64,000 nucleotides of DNA from the human T2T-CHM13v2.0 reference genome, Homo sapiens. Positions 13,000 through 30,895 of the stretch are shown here, piece after piece. Numbering within the stretch: the first letter of the stretch is position 1; the number at the start of each line of letters is the position of its first letter. Location of the stretch: assembly GCF_009914755.1 (NCBI RefSeq), contig NC_060926.1; one strand, 5' to 3'. Position numbers and translations under genes: made by a program. The notes beneath the pieces were generated by a model that worked only from the letters and a program-made list of their open reading frames with translations, did no database searches and was not told the origin of the DNA.

Positions 13000-13600
13000 A
13001 ACAAATTATATCAAAATGCAGTTCATAAAAGGGCATATGCAAATGGCATCAAATATGCTCAACTCACTGACAGTCATAGAAATCCAAATTAAAATAACAA
13101 TGAAACATCTTTTTGCACCCACCAGACTGACAAAAATAAAAAAAGAACTATCATATCTATTGCTGGCAGGGATGTGGGGGAATAAAGAGTACTCTCTTAC
13201 ACTGCCGGTTGCAATAGTCATTTACTTAGCTATTTTGAAAGCTAGCCAATGACATCTATTATTAATAATATTCAAAGTAATATATCCTTCGATCTAGCAA
13301 ACCTACTTCTGTGAATTTATCTTATATAAATAAAAATAGCAGTTTCTAAAGATAGAAAAAAAACATATATATATATATTGTTGCTGAACTGGTTATTGAT
13401 GTTTATAGATGCCCCAAACTGAATACATTGCGGCATATATACACTGCAGAATATTATGTAACCATAAAAAAGTATGAATTGAAGAATTCCCAGAAGACTT
13501 AGAGAGAACTTCATAGATTTTATTGGGTGAGAAAAGAGAGCTACAGAAAACTATGTATAATCCAATTCCTTTTAAATAAAATAATTAAAAGCAATATATG
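13000..13600 (+). mobile_element. Very old L1 (L1ME-like) 3' fragment
   Basis: ATGCTCAACTCACTGACAGTCATAGAAATCCAAATTAAAATAACAATGA; ORF 13016 is ORF2 C-terminus-like. Confidence 0.6.
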
Positions 13601-14469
13601 TATATGTGCATATATATGTATGTGTAAATGTATATATGATTACACTTTTTAATATATCTATAAAAACAGAGGGGGAAAAAGATAGCTTTGGTGGTAGATG
13701 CTTAAGGGAAGCAATAATAGATAGTACAGAGATCAGTGGGGAGACTCCTGTAACATTCCAGGAAAGATATGATGAAGACCTTGGCTACATCAATGTGGGA
13801 GGCCAGGAGACAGAGTATCTCCTGAAAATCTTACTGGGACCCCTCTCTGGGGCTTTCTTTTGGTTGTCAGAGTACTCACATGGCTTTCCTCCTGCACAGT
13901 AGGTGATAGGCCTGCTAGTCTCCTGCTCCACTGCCAACCTCACTTTTCAATTTTGGATTCTGTTTTTCTCACAAGGACAATGCAGAATAAAAGCACCTGC
14001 ACAGCTTCTTTCTACCCCAAACCCTGCCCAAGTTGACATCCTAAGCATGCTTTCACATTCTTCTGACATTCTCCATCAATTTGGACTATGGAACCCCACA
14101 GAAACAGACAGGATCCATAAGACAACCATAATGAGATCTTCATGGCTTTTTCCTAGTATTTATCTTTGGTCTTTAGGGACAACAATGAGACCCAGCTGTG
14201 ACCTTCCTTCACCACTATCCTGTCCTCTCATGTTTTCTGTCTTCATCTTCCTTCTGGGAGTCAGCTCCACTACTTACATTCACTGTCTAGGGCTTCTGAG
14301 TTCTCCCAGAACTTCATATACTCCTCCATTCCAACCCAACTCTCTTTTCTTCAGACCTAGACCAGAGAGTCTCATATAGGGCATGGGTTAGAATTCTACG
14401 GTGAAAGCTTTTCAGATTACACATGGCTGCCACTCTCCTCCATGTGTCATAGATTATGGGAAAATAAAC

Positions 14470-14600
14470 TCTTTTTAATGATAATATTAGGATGGTACTA
14501 TATACTATCTCCATTTTACAGATTAGGAAACTAAGGACCAATGACACTGAATGACATTCCTAGGATCTTCTGACTGTAGAACCTATACTATTTCTACTGT
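14470..14600 (-). mobile_element. MIR fragment
   Basis: CTCCATTTTACAGATTAGGAAACTAAGG, reverse MIR core. Confidence 0.6.
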
Positions 14601-14929
14601 ACTCCCAGCTTTTCAGTAGAACTCTCCAAAGACTCTAAGGAGGTGCCTTTACTTCTCATAAGGACCTCTGGGAGTCTAATGCCCAATAGCTTGTTTTAGT
14701 GTTCCCTTATTCGGCAAGCAATCATTGAACTTCAAATATGTGTCAGGCTCTATAGGAGGCACTTGGAGTGGGGGATGAGGAGGTTGGTGGCAAGATGTGG
14801 AAATACACAGGTAAACAAAACAGGACATTTGCCTTTGATGAGCTCACAGCAAGTGAAGGAACTAGATCAATAAAAAGAGGCACTTACAATCAATGTAATG
14901 GGTACCTTTACAGGCTGGAGGAATTTGGA

Positions 14930-15086
14930 TTTTTTTTTTTAACAGGGTCTCACTCTGTCACTCAGGCTGGAGTACAGTGATACAATCATAGCTCACTGCA
15001 GCCTCTAACTCAGGGGCTCAAGCAATCCTCCCATTCCAGCCTTCTGAGTAGTTGGGACTATGGGCATGTGCCACCATGCCTGGCTA
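14930..15086 (-). mobile_element. Single Alu right monomer (FRAM or 5'-truncated AluJ)
   Basis: Poly-T, one J-type monomer, flanked by TSD GAATTTGGA (14921) / GAATTTGTA (15087). Confidence 0.85.
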
Positions 15087-15149
15087 GAATTTGTAATTTA
15101 TCTTACCTAGAGTACCTAAGGCTTCCGGGGAGTAGGTATTTAGGACTCA

Positions 15150-15375
15150 TGATATGGTTTGGATATGTGTTGTCACCCAAAGTTCATGTTCAATTGTAAT
15201 TCCCAGTGTTGGAGGCGGGGCCTGGTGGGAGGTGATTGGATCATGGGGCAGTTTCTCATAAATGGTTTCGCACCATCCCCTTGACACTGTCCTCACAATA
15301 GTGAGTGAGTTCTCGTGAGATCTGGTTGTTTAAAAGCGTGTAGCACCTCCCCCAGTGACTTCTCTCTTGCTCCTG
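15150..15375 (+). mobile_element. MSTA-like MaLR LTR, 5' half only
   Basis: TGATATGGTTTGG…GGGAGGTGATTGGATCATGGGG…GAGATCTGGTTGTTTAAAAG; stops at CTCTTGCTCCTG. Confidence 0.85.
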
Positions 15376-16904
15376 GATGGCATTTCTGGATTAACCCTGG
15401 GTCACAGGGGAGCCTACTGCCCTCAGGGGAGAGACTCAGGCCTGGCAGCATTTACCACAGGCTGATGGAAGAGGCCTTGGGCCTTGAGTGAACATTAGCA
15501 GTAGCCAGGCAGTACTTGCTGCAGGGTTGGGGCAGTGGTGGCCATGGTGAAAAGACTCCTCTGGTTGAGAAAAGGAGAGGAAAGTGTGGGAAGGACTTTA
15601 TCTTGTTCTGTGAGTGCCAGGTCAGCTGCAGGGGAATAGAGCACCAAGTAGATTCCTAAGGTTCCTGACTCCAGCATTGACTCCCAGATGGCATTTCTGG
15701 ACTTACCATGGGCCAAGGGGGAGCTTGTCACCCTGAAGGAAAGGAAACAAGTCTAGCTGGATTCACCACCTGATGACTAAAGAGGCCTTGGGCCTTGAGT
15801 GAACACTGACAGTAGCCAGGCATTGGTTGCCACAGGTCTTGAGTGATACCCAGCGCTGTGCCAGCTTCAGATCTGACTCAGCACAGTCCCAATTATGGTG
15901 GCCAAAGGGTGCTTGTGTCAGTCCTCCCCCAGCTTCAGGCAGCTAAGCACAGAGAGATAGAGACTGTGTTTGGGGGAAGGGAAGTGAAGAGAACAAAAGT
16001 CTCTGCCTGGTGATCCAGAGAATTATCTCAGATCTTACTCAAGACCACTAAGTTTGTGCCTCTATGAGTCTTCAAGAGTCACAGCATTGGGCTTGGAGTG
16101 CCCCTTAATGCAAATATGGCTACAGTGACCAAAGATAACATTCAATTACCTTTGAATACACAAAAAGCTTTCCCAAGAAGAATGGTCACAAACATGCTCA
16201 GAGTTCAAAGACTACAATAAATATCTAAGTCTTCAATGCCCAGACACTGATGAACATCCACAAGCAACAAGACCATCCAATAAAATATGACCTCACCAAA
16301 CAAAATAAACAAGGCACAAGTGACTAATTCTGGAGTGACAGAGATATGTGATCTTTCAGAAAGATAATTTAAAATAGTCATTTGAGGAAACTCAAAGAAA
16401 TTCAAGACAACACAAAGAAGGAACTCAGAATCCTATCAGAAAACTTTAAAAAAGAGTAGAGATAGTTTTTACAAAATCAAGCAGAAATTCTGGAGCTGAA
16501 AAATTCAACTGAAATACTGAAGAATACCTCAGAGTGTCTCAAAAGCAGAACTGATCAAGCAGAAGAAAGATTTAGTGAGCTTCAAGACAGTCTATTTGAA
16601 AATACACAGTCAAAAGAGACAGAAGGAAAAAGAATAAAAAGAAATAAAACATGCCCACAAGGTCTAGAAAATAACCTTAAAAGAACAAATCTAAAAGTTA
16701 TTGAATTTAAAGAGGAATTAGAGAGACTGGGGTAGGAAGTTTATTTAAAGTGTTAGTAACAGAGAACTTTTCAAACCTTGAGAAAGATATCAATATTCAA
16801 GTACAAGAAGGATTTAGAATATCAAGCAGATTTACCCATATAAGACTGCCTCAAGACATTCAATAATCAAACTCGTAGAGGTCAGGGATAAAGAAAAGAT
16901 CCAT
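15376..16904 (+). mobile_element. L1MA2/3-like element, 5' part (5'UTR monomers and partial ORF1)
   Basis: ~311-bp repeated 5'UTR unit starting GATGGCATTT at 15376 and 15687; ORF1-like sequence from ~16240 (CAAGCAGAAGAAAGA…GAGAACTTTTCAAACCTTGAGAAAGATATCAATATTCAA). Confidence 0.85.
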
Positions 16905-17182
16905 GGGGGAGGTTCCAAGATGGTTGAATAGGAACAGCTGCTGTATACAGCTCCCAGCATGAGCGACGCAGAAGACGGGTGATTTCTGCATTTCCAACTG
17001 AGCCTCTGCTGGTGATACCCAGGCAAACAGGATCTGGAGTGGACCTCCAGCAAACTCCAACAGAACTGCAGCTGAGGGTCCTGATTGTTAGGAGGAAAAC
17101 TAAGAAACAGAAAGGACATCCACACCAAAACCCCATCTGTACGTCACCATCATCAAAGACCAAAGGTAGATAAAACCAAAAG

Positions 17183-18197
17183 ATGGGGAGAAACCAGAGC
17201 AGAAAAGCTGAAAATTCTAAAAATCAGAGCGCCTCTTCTCCTCCAAAGCAGCGCAGCTCCTCTCCAGCAATGGAACAAAGCTGGACAGAGAATGACTTTG
17301 ATGAGTTGAGAGAAGAAGGCTTCAGACGATCAAACTTCTCCGAGCTAAAGGAGGATGTTAGAACCCATTGCAAAGAAGCTAAAAACCTTGAAAAAAGATT
17401 AGATGAATGGCTAACTAGAATAACCAGTGTAGAGAAGACCTTAAATGAACTGAAGTAGAAGAAAATCATGGCACAAGTACTACGTGATGCATGCACAAGC
17501 TTCAGTAGCCGATTAGATCAACTGGAAGAAAGGGTATCAGTGATGGAAGATCAAATGAACGAAATGAAGTGAGAAGACAAGCTTAGAGAAAAAAGAGTAA
17601 AAAGAAATGAACAAAGCCTCCAAGACATATGGGACTAAGTGAAAAGACCAAATCTACATCTGATTGGTGTACCTGAAAGTGACGGGGAGAATGGAACCAA
17701 GTTGGAAAACACTCTGCAGGATATTATCCAGGAGAACTTCCACAACCTAGCAAGGCAGGACAACATTCAAATTCAGGAAATACAGAGAACACCACAAAGA
17801 TACTCCTCAAGAAGAGCAACTCCAAGACACATAATTGTCAGATTCACCAAAGTTGAAATGAAGGAAAAAATGTTAAGGGCAGCCAGAGAGAAAGGTCAGG
17901 TTACCCACAAAGGGAAGCCCATCAGACTAACAGCGGATCTATCAGCAGAAACTCTACAAGCCAGAAGAGAGTGGGGGCCAATAGTCAACATTCTTAAATA
18001 AAAGAATTTTCAACCCAGAATTTCATATCCAGCCAAACTAAGCCTCATAAGTGAAGGAGAAATAAAATACTTTACAGACAAGCAAATGCTGAGAGATTTG
18101 CTTGCCTTACCACCAGGCCTGCCTTACAAGAGCTCCTGAAGGAAGCATGGAAAGGCACAACTTATACCAGCCACTGCAAAAACATGCCAAATTGTAA
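17183..18197 (+). pseudogene. L1 ORF1p, disrupted
   Basis: MGRNQSRKAENSKNQSASSPP… and RPNLHLIGVPE…ARREWG; several in-frame stops (e.g. 17456, 17999) and small indels. Confidence 0.95.
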
Positions 18198-18260
18198 AGA
18201 CCATCAATGCTAGGAAGAAACTACATCAACTAATGAGCAAAATAACCATCTAACATCATA

Positions 18261-22278
<4,018 letters not shown>

Positions 22279-23923
22279 ACAATGAGAACACTTGGACACA
22301 GGAAGGGGAACATCACACACTGGGGCTTGTTGTGGGGTGGGGGGAATGGGGAGGGATAGCATTAGGAGATACACCTAATGTAAATGACGAGTTAACGGGT
22401 GCGGCACACCAACATGGCACATGTATACATATGTAACAAACCTGCACGTTGTGCACATATACCCTAGAACTTAAAGTATAGTTTAAAATATATATATATA
22501 TATATAAAAGATAATCAATGAACAAACATTGGACTTAATCTGCACTACACACAAAATGGACCTAACAGATATTTACAGAACAATTCATCCAATGACTGCA
22601 GAATACATTCTTCTCCTCAGCACATGAATCATTCTCAAGGACAGACCATACGTTAGGTTACAAAACAAGTCTCAAACTATTTTTAAAAATTGAAATCAGA
22701 CCAAATATCTTATCTGAACATAATAGAATAAAACTAGAAATCAGTAACAAGAGGAACTTTGGAAACTATAAAAACACATGGTAATTAAACAATATGCTTG
22801 CTCCTGAATGACAAGTGAGTCAATGAAGAAATTAATAAGGAAATTTAAAAATTTCTTGAAACAAATGAAAATGGAAACACAATATACCAAAACCTATGGG
22901 ATACAGCAAAAGCAGTACTAAGTGGAAAGTTTATAGCAATAAGTACCTATATCAGAAGAGGAGAAAAACTTCAAATAAATAACCTAATTGTGCATCTTGA
23001 GGAAGTAGAAAAGCAAGAGCAAACCAAACCCAAAATTAGTAGAAGAAATAATAAAGATCAGAGCAAAAATAAATGAAATTGAAATAAAAAGTACAAAAGA
23101 TCAACTAAATGAAAAGTTAGTTTTTTTAAAAGATAAAATTGACAAACCTTTAGCCAGGCTGAGAATAAAGAGAGTATACCCAAGTAAATAAATTCAAAGA
23201 TGAAAAAGGAGACAATACAACATTACAACTGATACCACAGAAAATCAAAGGATTATTAGAGACTACTATGAGTAACTATATGCCAATAAATCATTAAATC
23301 TAGAAGAAATGGATAAATTCCTAAACACATGCAACCTACCAAGATTAAACGATGAAGAAATTCAAAACCTAAATAGACCAACAACAGGTAATAGATCAAA
23401 GCCACAATAAAAAGTCTCCCAGCAAAGAAAAGCCCCAGACTCAATGGCTTCCCTGCTGAATTTTACCAAACCACTTAAGGAAGAACTAAACCAATTCTAC
23501 TCAAATTATTCTGAATAATAGATGGGGAAGGAACGCTTCAAAACTCATTCTATGAGGTCAGTATTACCCTGATACTAAAACCAGACAAAGACACATCAAA
23601 AAAAGAAAACTACAGACCAATATCCCTGATGAACACTGATGCAAAAATTCTCAACAAAATGCTAGCAAACCGAATTCAACAACATATTAAAAAGGTCATT
23701 TGTCATGATCAAGTGGGATTTATCCCAGAGATGCAAGGATGGCTCAACATATGCAAATCAATCACTGTGATATATTTTATCAACAGATTGAAGAGCAAAA
23801 ACCATATGACCATTTCAACTGATGCTGAAAAAGCATGTAATAAAATTCAGCATCCTCTCATGATAAAAATCCTCAAAAAACTGGGTATAGTAGGAACATA
23901 CCTCAACACAATAAAAGCCAGAA

Positions 23924-23980
23924 AAAAGACTCACTTAAAGTGAATGAGTCTGTTCAGATTTACCTGTTTCTAAAACGAAG
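23924..23980 (+). repeat. 57-bp non-L1 insert, direct repeat of 26566-26622
   Basis: AAAAGACTCACTTAAAGTGAATG(A/G)GTCTGTTCAGA(TT/CC)TACCTGTTTCTAAAA(C/G)GAAG; 53 of 57 positions identical. Confidence 0.95.
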
Positions 23981-25298
23981 ACCTGCAGCTAGTATCATAC
24001 TGAATGAAGAAAAACCTTTCCTCTAATATCTGGAACAAGACAAGGATGCCCATTTTCACCACTGTTTATTTAACATAGTGCTGGACGTCCTAGCTAGAGA
24101 AAAAAAATAAAGAGCATCCAAATTGGAAAGTAAAAAGCCAAATTATCCTTGTTGGCAGATAGTATGATCTTACATCTAGAAAAAACTAAAAATTCTACTA
24201 TAAATCATTAGAACTGATAAACAAATTTGGTAAAGTTACAGGATACAAAATCAACATATAAAAACCAGCAGCATTTCTACATGCCAACAGTGAAGAATCT
24301 GAAAAAGAAATCAAGAAAGTAATCCCATTTACAATAGCTATGAACAAAATAAAATACCTAGGAATAAACTTAATCAAAGAAGTGAAAGATGTCTACAATG
24401 AAAACCATAAAACACCGATGCAAGGAATTGTAGAAGACACAAAAGAATGAAAAGATATTCCATGTTCATGGATGAGAAGAAATAATATTCTTTAAGTGTT
24501 CGCACTACCCAAAGCAATCTACAGATTCAAAGCAATGCCTATCCAAATATTAATGACATTCTTTACAAAAATAGAAAAAATAATCCTAAAATATATATGG
24601 AAATACAAAAGACCCAGAATTGCCAAAGCCATCCTGAGCAAAAATAACAAAACTGGAGGAGTCACATTACTTGACTTCAAATGATACTACAGAGCCACTG
24701 TAACCAAAACCCAGCATGGTACTAGCATAAAAACAGACACAGAGACCAATGAAACATAACAGAGAACCCAGAAATAAATCCATACATCTACAGTGAATTA
24801 ATTTTTTACAAACATACCGAGAATCTACACTGGGGAAAGCACAGTCTCGTCAGTAAATAATGCCGGGAAAACCGGATATCCATATGCAGAAGAATGAAAC
24901 TAGACTACCTCTCATCATATACAAAAATCAAATCAAAATGGATTAAATACTTAAATCTGCAATCTCAAACTATAAAATTACTAAAAGAAAACATTGGGTA
25001 AGCTCTCCAGGACATTGGTATGGGTAAAGATTTCTTGAGTAATACCCCATAAGCACAGGCAAGCAAAGCAAAAATGGACAAAGGAGATCACATTAAGTTA
25101 AAAAGCTTCTGCACAGCAAAGGAAGAAAACAACAAAATGAAGAGACAACCCACAGAATGGGACAAAATATTTGCAAACTATCCATCTGACAAAAGATTAA
25201 TAACCAAAATATGTATTTTGGTTGGAACTCAATTCAACAGGAAAAAAATCTCATAATCTGATTAAGACACGGGTAAAATATCTGAATAGACATTTCTT

Positions 25299-25604
25299 CC
25301 TTTCTTTCTTTTTTTGAGATGAAGTCCTGCTCTGTCACCCAGGCTGGAGTGCCGTGGCGCAATCTCGGCTCACTGCAGCCTCTGCCTCCTGAGTTCAAGC
25401 GATTCTCCTGCCTCAGTCTCCTGAGTAGCTGGGAAGCTGGGATTACAGGCACCTGCCACCACACTCAGCTAATTTTTGTATTTTTAGTAGAGATGGGGTT
25501 TCACCATGTTGGCCAGGCTGGTCTTGAACTCCTGACTTCAGGTGATCCACCCACCTCAGCCTCCCAAATTGCTGGGATTACAGCTGTGAGCCACTGTGCC
25601 TGAT
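25299..25604 (-). mobile_element. AluSx-like inserted in L1MA
   Basis: Full dimer; TSD GACATTTCTT at 25289-25298 and 25605-25614. Confidence 0.93.
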
Positions 25605-26452
25605 GACATTTCTTAAAGGAAGACATATAGATGGCAAACAGACATATGAAAAGGTGCCCAACATCATTGATCATCAGAGAAATGCAAATCAAAACTACAA
25701 TGAGATACCATCTCCCTCCAGTTGAAATGGCTTTTGTCCAAAAGACAGGTAATAATGAATCTGGGAAGGATATGGAAAAAAGGAGACCCTCATACACTGT
25801 TGGTCAGAAGGTAAATTAGTACAGCCACTATGGAGAACAGTATGGAGGTTCCTCAAAGAACTAAACATAGAATTACCATATGATTCAGCAATCCCACTGC
25901 TAAGTATATACCCCAAAGAAAGGAAATCAGTATATTGAAGAGACATCTGCACTCCCATATTTATCACAGTGTCAGGATTTGGAAGCAACCTAAGTGTTCA
26001 TATCAATAGATGAATGAAGAAAATGTGGTACATATGCACAATGGAGTACTATTCAGCCATAAAAAAGAATGATATTCTGTCATTTGCAACAACATGGATG
26101 GGACTGGAGGACATTATGTTATGTGAAATAAGCCAGATATAGGAAGACAAACTTCACATGTTCTCACTTATTTGTGGGAGCTAAAAATTAAAACAAATGA
26201 ACTCAAGGAGCTAGAGAGTAGAGTGCTGGTTATCAGAGGCTGGGAAGGGAAGTTGGGGGGGAATGGGGGTGGTTAATGGGTACAAAACTATAGTTATATA
26301 GAATGAATAAGATCTAGTATTTGATAGCACAACAAGGTGATTACAGGCAACAATTTATTGTGTCTTTAAAAATAACTAAAGGAGTATAATTTAATGTTTA
26401 TAAGCAAAGACATGATAAATGCTTGAGGTGATGGATACCCCATTTATCCTGA

Positions 26453-27248
<796 letters not shown>

Positions 27249-28344
27249 TCCCTCTGAACTTCTAAAGCACACTACTTTGGGACCCATCATGTTTCACATT
27301 TAACTTGGGCACAAACCAACAGTAGAAAGAAGTCTCAACTTTCCCCACAGATTTCCAAGGGTGCTCTGTGAACTAGGCTGCCCCAGGTCTTGGCAGCCAG
27401 GCCAGCCGCACGACGCTTTCCCGACTCAGACTGACAGAACAAACACGTGAACAGACACACAAAGCAAGTGCCTCTTTAAAGCATTTTAGAGAAGCGAGTG
27501 TAATCATACAGGAAAGAATAGGGGTCCACCAGGTGAGGAAAAGGAAGAGAAGAGAACGCTAAACAGAATAAGGAGTATGAGTATGAACAAAAATTCAAAA
27601 TGCTCCAGGAAGAGATAAACGTTTCTGATTTTGAAACAGAGAACGTTGCAGGGGCAGACGGCAGTGGTGACACTGAAATGTAGGTCAACCCAGATTGTAA
27701 AGGATCTTATGTGAGTCTGGGCTTCAGTAAGGGAAATTAAAAGGTAAGTGGATTTTTAAGGTGAGTTGTTGCAAGAACAGAAAATTTATTTTTGATCATT
27801 CCATCATAACTTCCCCATGGTTTTCCTACCTAGCAGCATTTGAAGAACGCCTGTGCGTGGAATCAGCCAGAGAGACAGCAAGAGAACCCCATCTCTGACA
27901 ATGGCCTGGATCACCTATCTCTTCAAAGCAGAGTGGAACCAGGCCAGGAGGGAGGTGTCCCAGGGTGAGCATGCACAGGAGGGAGTCTGCAGAGCCAAAT
28001 GCTGTGAAGCTCCTGCCTTTTGGGCCCAGAGACTTCTGAGACTCGTGCTCTCCCTCTGTGCTTTCAACTTATAAAACCTGCTGTTTTGATCTGAAAGAAA
28101 AAAAAAAGGGATTCAGCTGCTAGGTTAATGCTGTTGGCTAAGTATTTCAGAGACACTTCATGACTTACACATGAGCAGAGAATGGGCCCGGGAAGCAGCA
28201 GCTGTGGGAATCAAGGCTGTCCACTGAACCTGTATGAAGCACAATGTTCTTATCTATAAGACGGGAGAAGTAAGCCCTGTCCCACATTGCTTCCCAAGGA
28301 GGGGACAAAGGAGGCTGTTCAAGGCAAGTCTCTTCACCAGACAT

Positions 28345-28840
28345 CTGTTGTCACATTCATGATGCTGAACAAAACCCTCAAAACCACAGTGGCATCCAAG
28401 AGGACTCACTGAATTAGCTCATGAGACTGGGCTTCAGCTGATCTGAGCTTGGCTGCTCCTAACTCTACTTGCACATGTGATTGTGCTCAGCTGCAGGTCA
28501 ACTAATTGTGTCTGCTGATACGGGCTGGGCTCGCGTGCATGCCTGGAAGTGAGCTACCTATCTATTGCTGACCTAGGATGGCCATTGGCTGGAACAATGG
28601 GATGCCTTGGTTCTATTCCATGGGCATGTTTTCTAATGGCGAAATATAGGGCAAGGATGAGTGGAAACACACAAGTGCTTTTTTAGCCTCTGCAATGGCA
28701 CATCTCCTAACATCCCATTGGCTAAAACAAATCACATGGTTAAGCCCAGCAACAGAGTGAGATCGTGTGACAAAGTTACAGTGGCATAAGGTGAGGATCA
28801 GAGAGTGGTGAAGAATTGGGCCATTTCTGCCATCTACCAC
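28345..28840 (-). mobile_element. MLT1-family MaLR LTR
   Basis: CATCCCATTGGCTAAAACAAATCACATGG…GAAGAATTGGGCCATTTCTGCCATCTACCACA, reverse of an MLT1 5' end; left boundary approximate. Confidence 0.6.
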
Positions 28841-29634
28841 AGCCTCTATAAACTGTAAACTATGCAAATAAATGTAAGGCAATATTACTATCCAAAGGCA
28901 ATTTAATCAATGTATGCTTGTTGAATTGATTTACGTGGGCATTGGCCTGTCTCAGACCTGATTACTTTCACAAGTGTTTTCCAATTACCCCATAGTTTTT
29001 CATAGCTAGAATAAAACTCCATTTAAAAACTATCTGTAAATTTTTCTTGGACAGCTGAGCTCTCTGCTTTCTCTCCGTCTGATATTATAGTGCAGGGGTG
29101 GGAAGTGGGGGATATTCATGGTGATTTTCTGTTTCTATTTAGCTTAAGTCATCAGCGATAACTTTAACTTGGCAGTTTCATCAGGGCTCTTTCTAAATGT
29201 GCTGACATTTCAATTAAATGTCAGTGGCATCATTCTGTTTACCAGCTGGAAGATTTGTAATGGGGAATATTGGTAGTGCCAGAGACTAGAGATTTCCATT
29301 TGGTAAAATGCCAGCCAATGTTTTTTGTCTCTACTACCCCCTGAGGATCCTTCACACGTGGGTTTTGACAGGCGGATTGGCCCTTCAAGATGTCCCTCAT
29401 GCTGTAGGTCAGGAATTTTCAAATTGTTCCCTGAAACCCTAATGCGGGTGCTTTTGATGTTAGGTTTTTTTTTTAATTTATTTTTTTGCTTGGAGCTTGG
29501 AATGAAACCTCTTCTGCTTTCCAAGTTTAATTAAAGAATAGTCTGAGCTTGCAAGGCAGGCAATTAAAAAGTTATTAATTACAACTACATATATATAGTA
29601 GGCTTTTAATTGAAGCAGCAAAAGAAAATCATTA

Positions 29635-29835
29635 TTCAGTTCATAGACTATGGGACTAGGCTGCCTAGGTTTGAAGCCCAGCTCTAGCTTGCTCTGTGAC
29701 TTTGGGCCACGTATCTAGCTATTTGGGCCTCCCTTTACTCACCTGGGAATAATAGTGTCTCAGAGAGTTATGAATTAAATGAGTTGACATGTTTGAAGCA
29801 CTCAGAGCAGTGTTGAAATATGATTGTCCATTATT
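29635..29835 (+). mobile_element. MIR
   Basis: GCCTAGGTTTGAAGCCCAGCTCT…TGTGACTTTGGGC…TGAATTAAATGAG. Confidence 0.7.
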
Positions 29836-30560
29836 CATGTAATGCAACCAAAATAAAATACAGATAGAAGTCAGATGCTGAAGTGTATGCCAAAAAAATG
29901 CAACTGTCATCCACGATCCCTGACTTAATGTTTTCTGTTAAAACAACCTCATTGTCACTGATTGACTTTGTAAAAATTTCTAGTCATTAGAAATTACTTT
30001 TTAAATGCATAAAAAGTAATTACCATTTACCTGTTTGATATGTATCAAGTTCCAGATGAGATTTCATTTGAGAGAAAAACATTCTGCTGCTTAAAAAGTT
30101 TGAGAGCCACTGTTCTTAGCCATTTTACAGGATTCTAAGTGAAGGGCTTAAGAAAGCAAACTCAGATACTCAGATACTTATCCAGCTTCTATGTGGCCCT
30201 GGAGGACAAATTCCCAGGTTGAGTGTTTCAACACAGAGCTGAAGTCTTTCCCCAGTGGTTTCCACCAGCACGTCCAGTTCAACTAAATATTGTAAGAGCA
30301 TTTGGTGGTAGCAACATCCTGTGGAAATAGTAATTGTCTTGTTTGTTTACCAGAGCTGAAAATGGTCCTTTAAATGGTTGCTAAAGCATGAGAAACCCCA
30401 GAGGTGCATGTGGATGTTACCATCATTGCTATTAGGCCTAATTCTAATATTTTGGTTCAGCAGAAGCCATGAATATGGCAGGACTCCAGGGGGAGCCCAT
30501 GGCAGTAGGTTTCTGCCTCTTCACTCCTGCCACCGTGTGGACAGATTGCTGCAAATCAAT

Positions 30561-30895
<335 letters not shown>

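Noticed and set aside
13903-14379. 158-aa ORF, and likewise the 184-aa ORF at 39091-39645
   Set aside because: Non-ATG starts and no domain similarity; the second overlaps a MIR.
15376-15845. ~311-bp direct repeat
   Set aside because: Explained by the monomer structure of L1MA-type 5'UTRs.
29850-30112. Possible hAT DNA transposon end (AAAAAGTTTGAGAGCCACTG)
   Set aside because: Only one terminus-like motif; no matching other end or family could be assigned.
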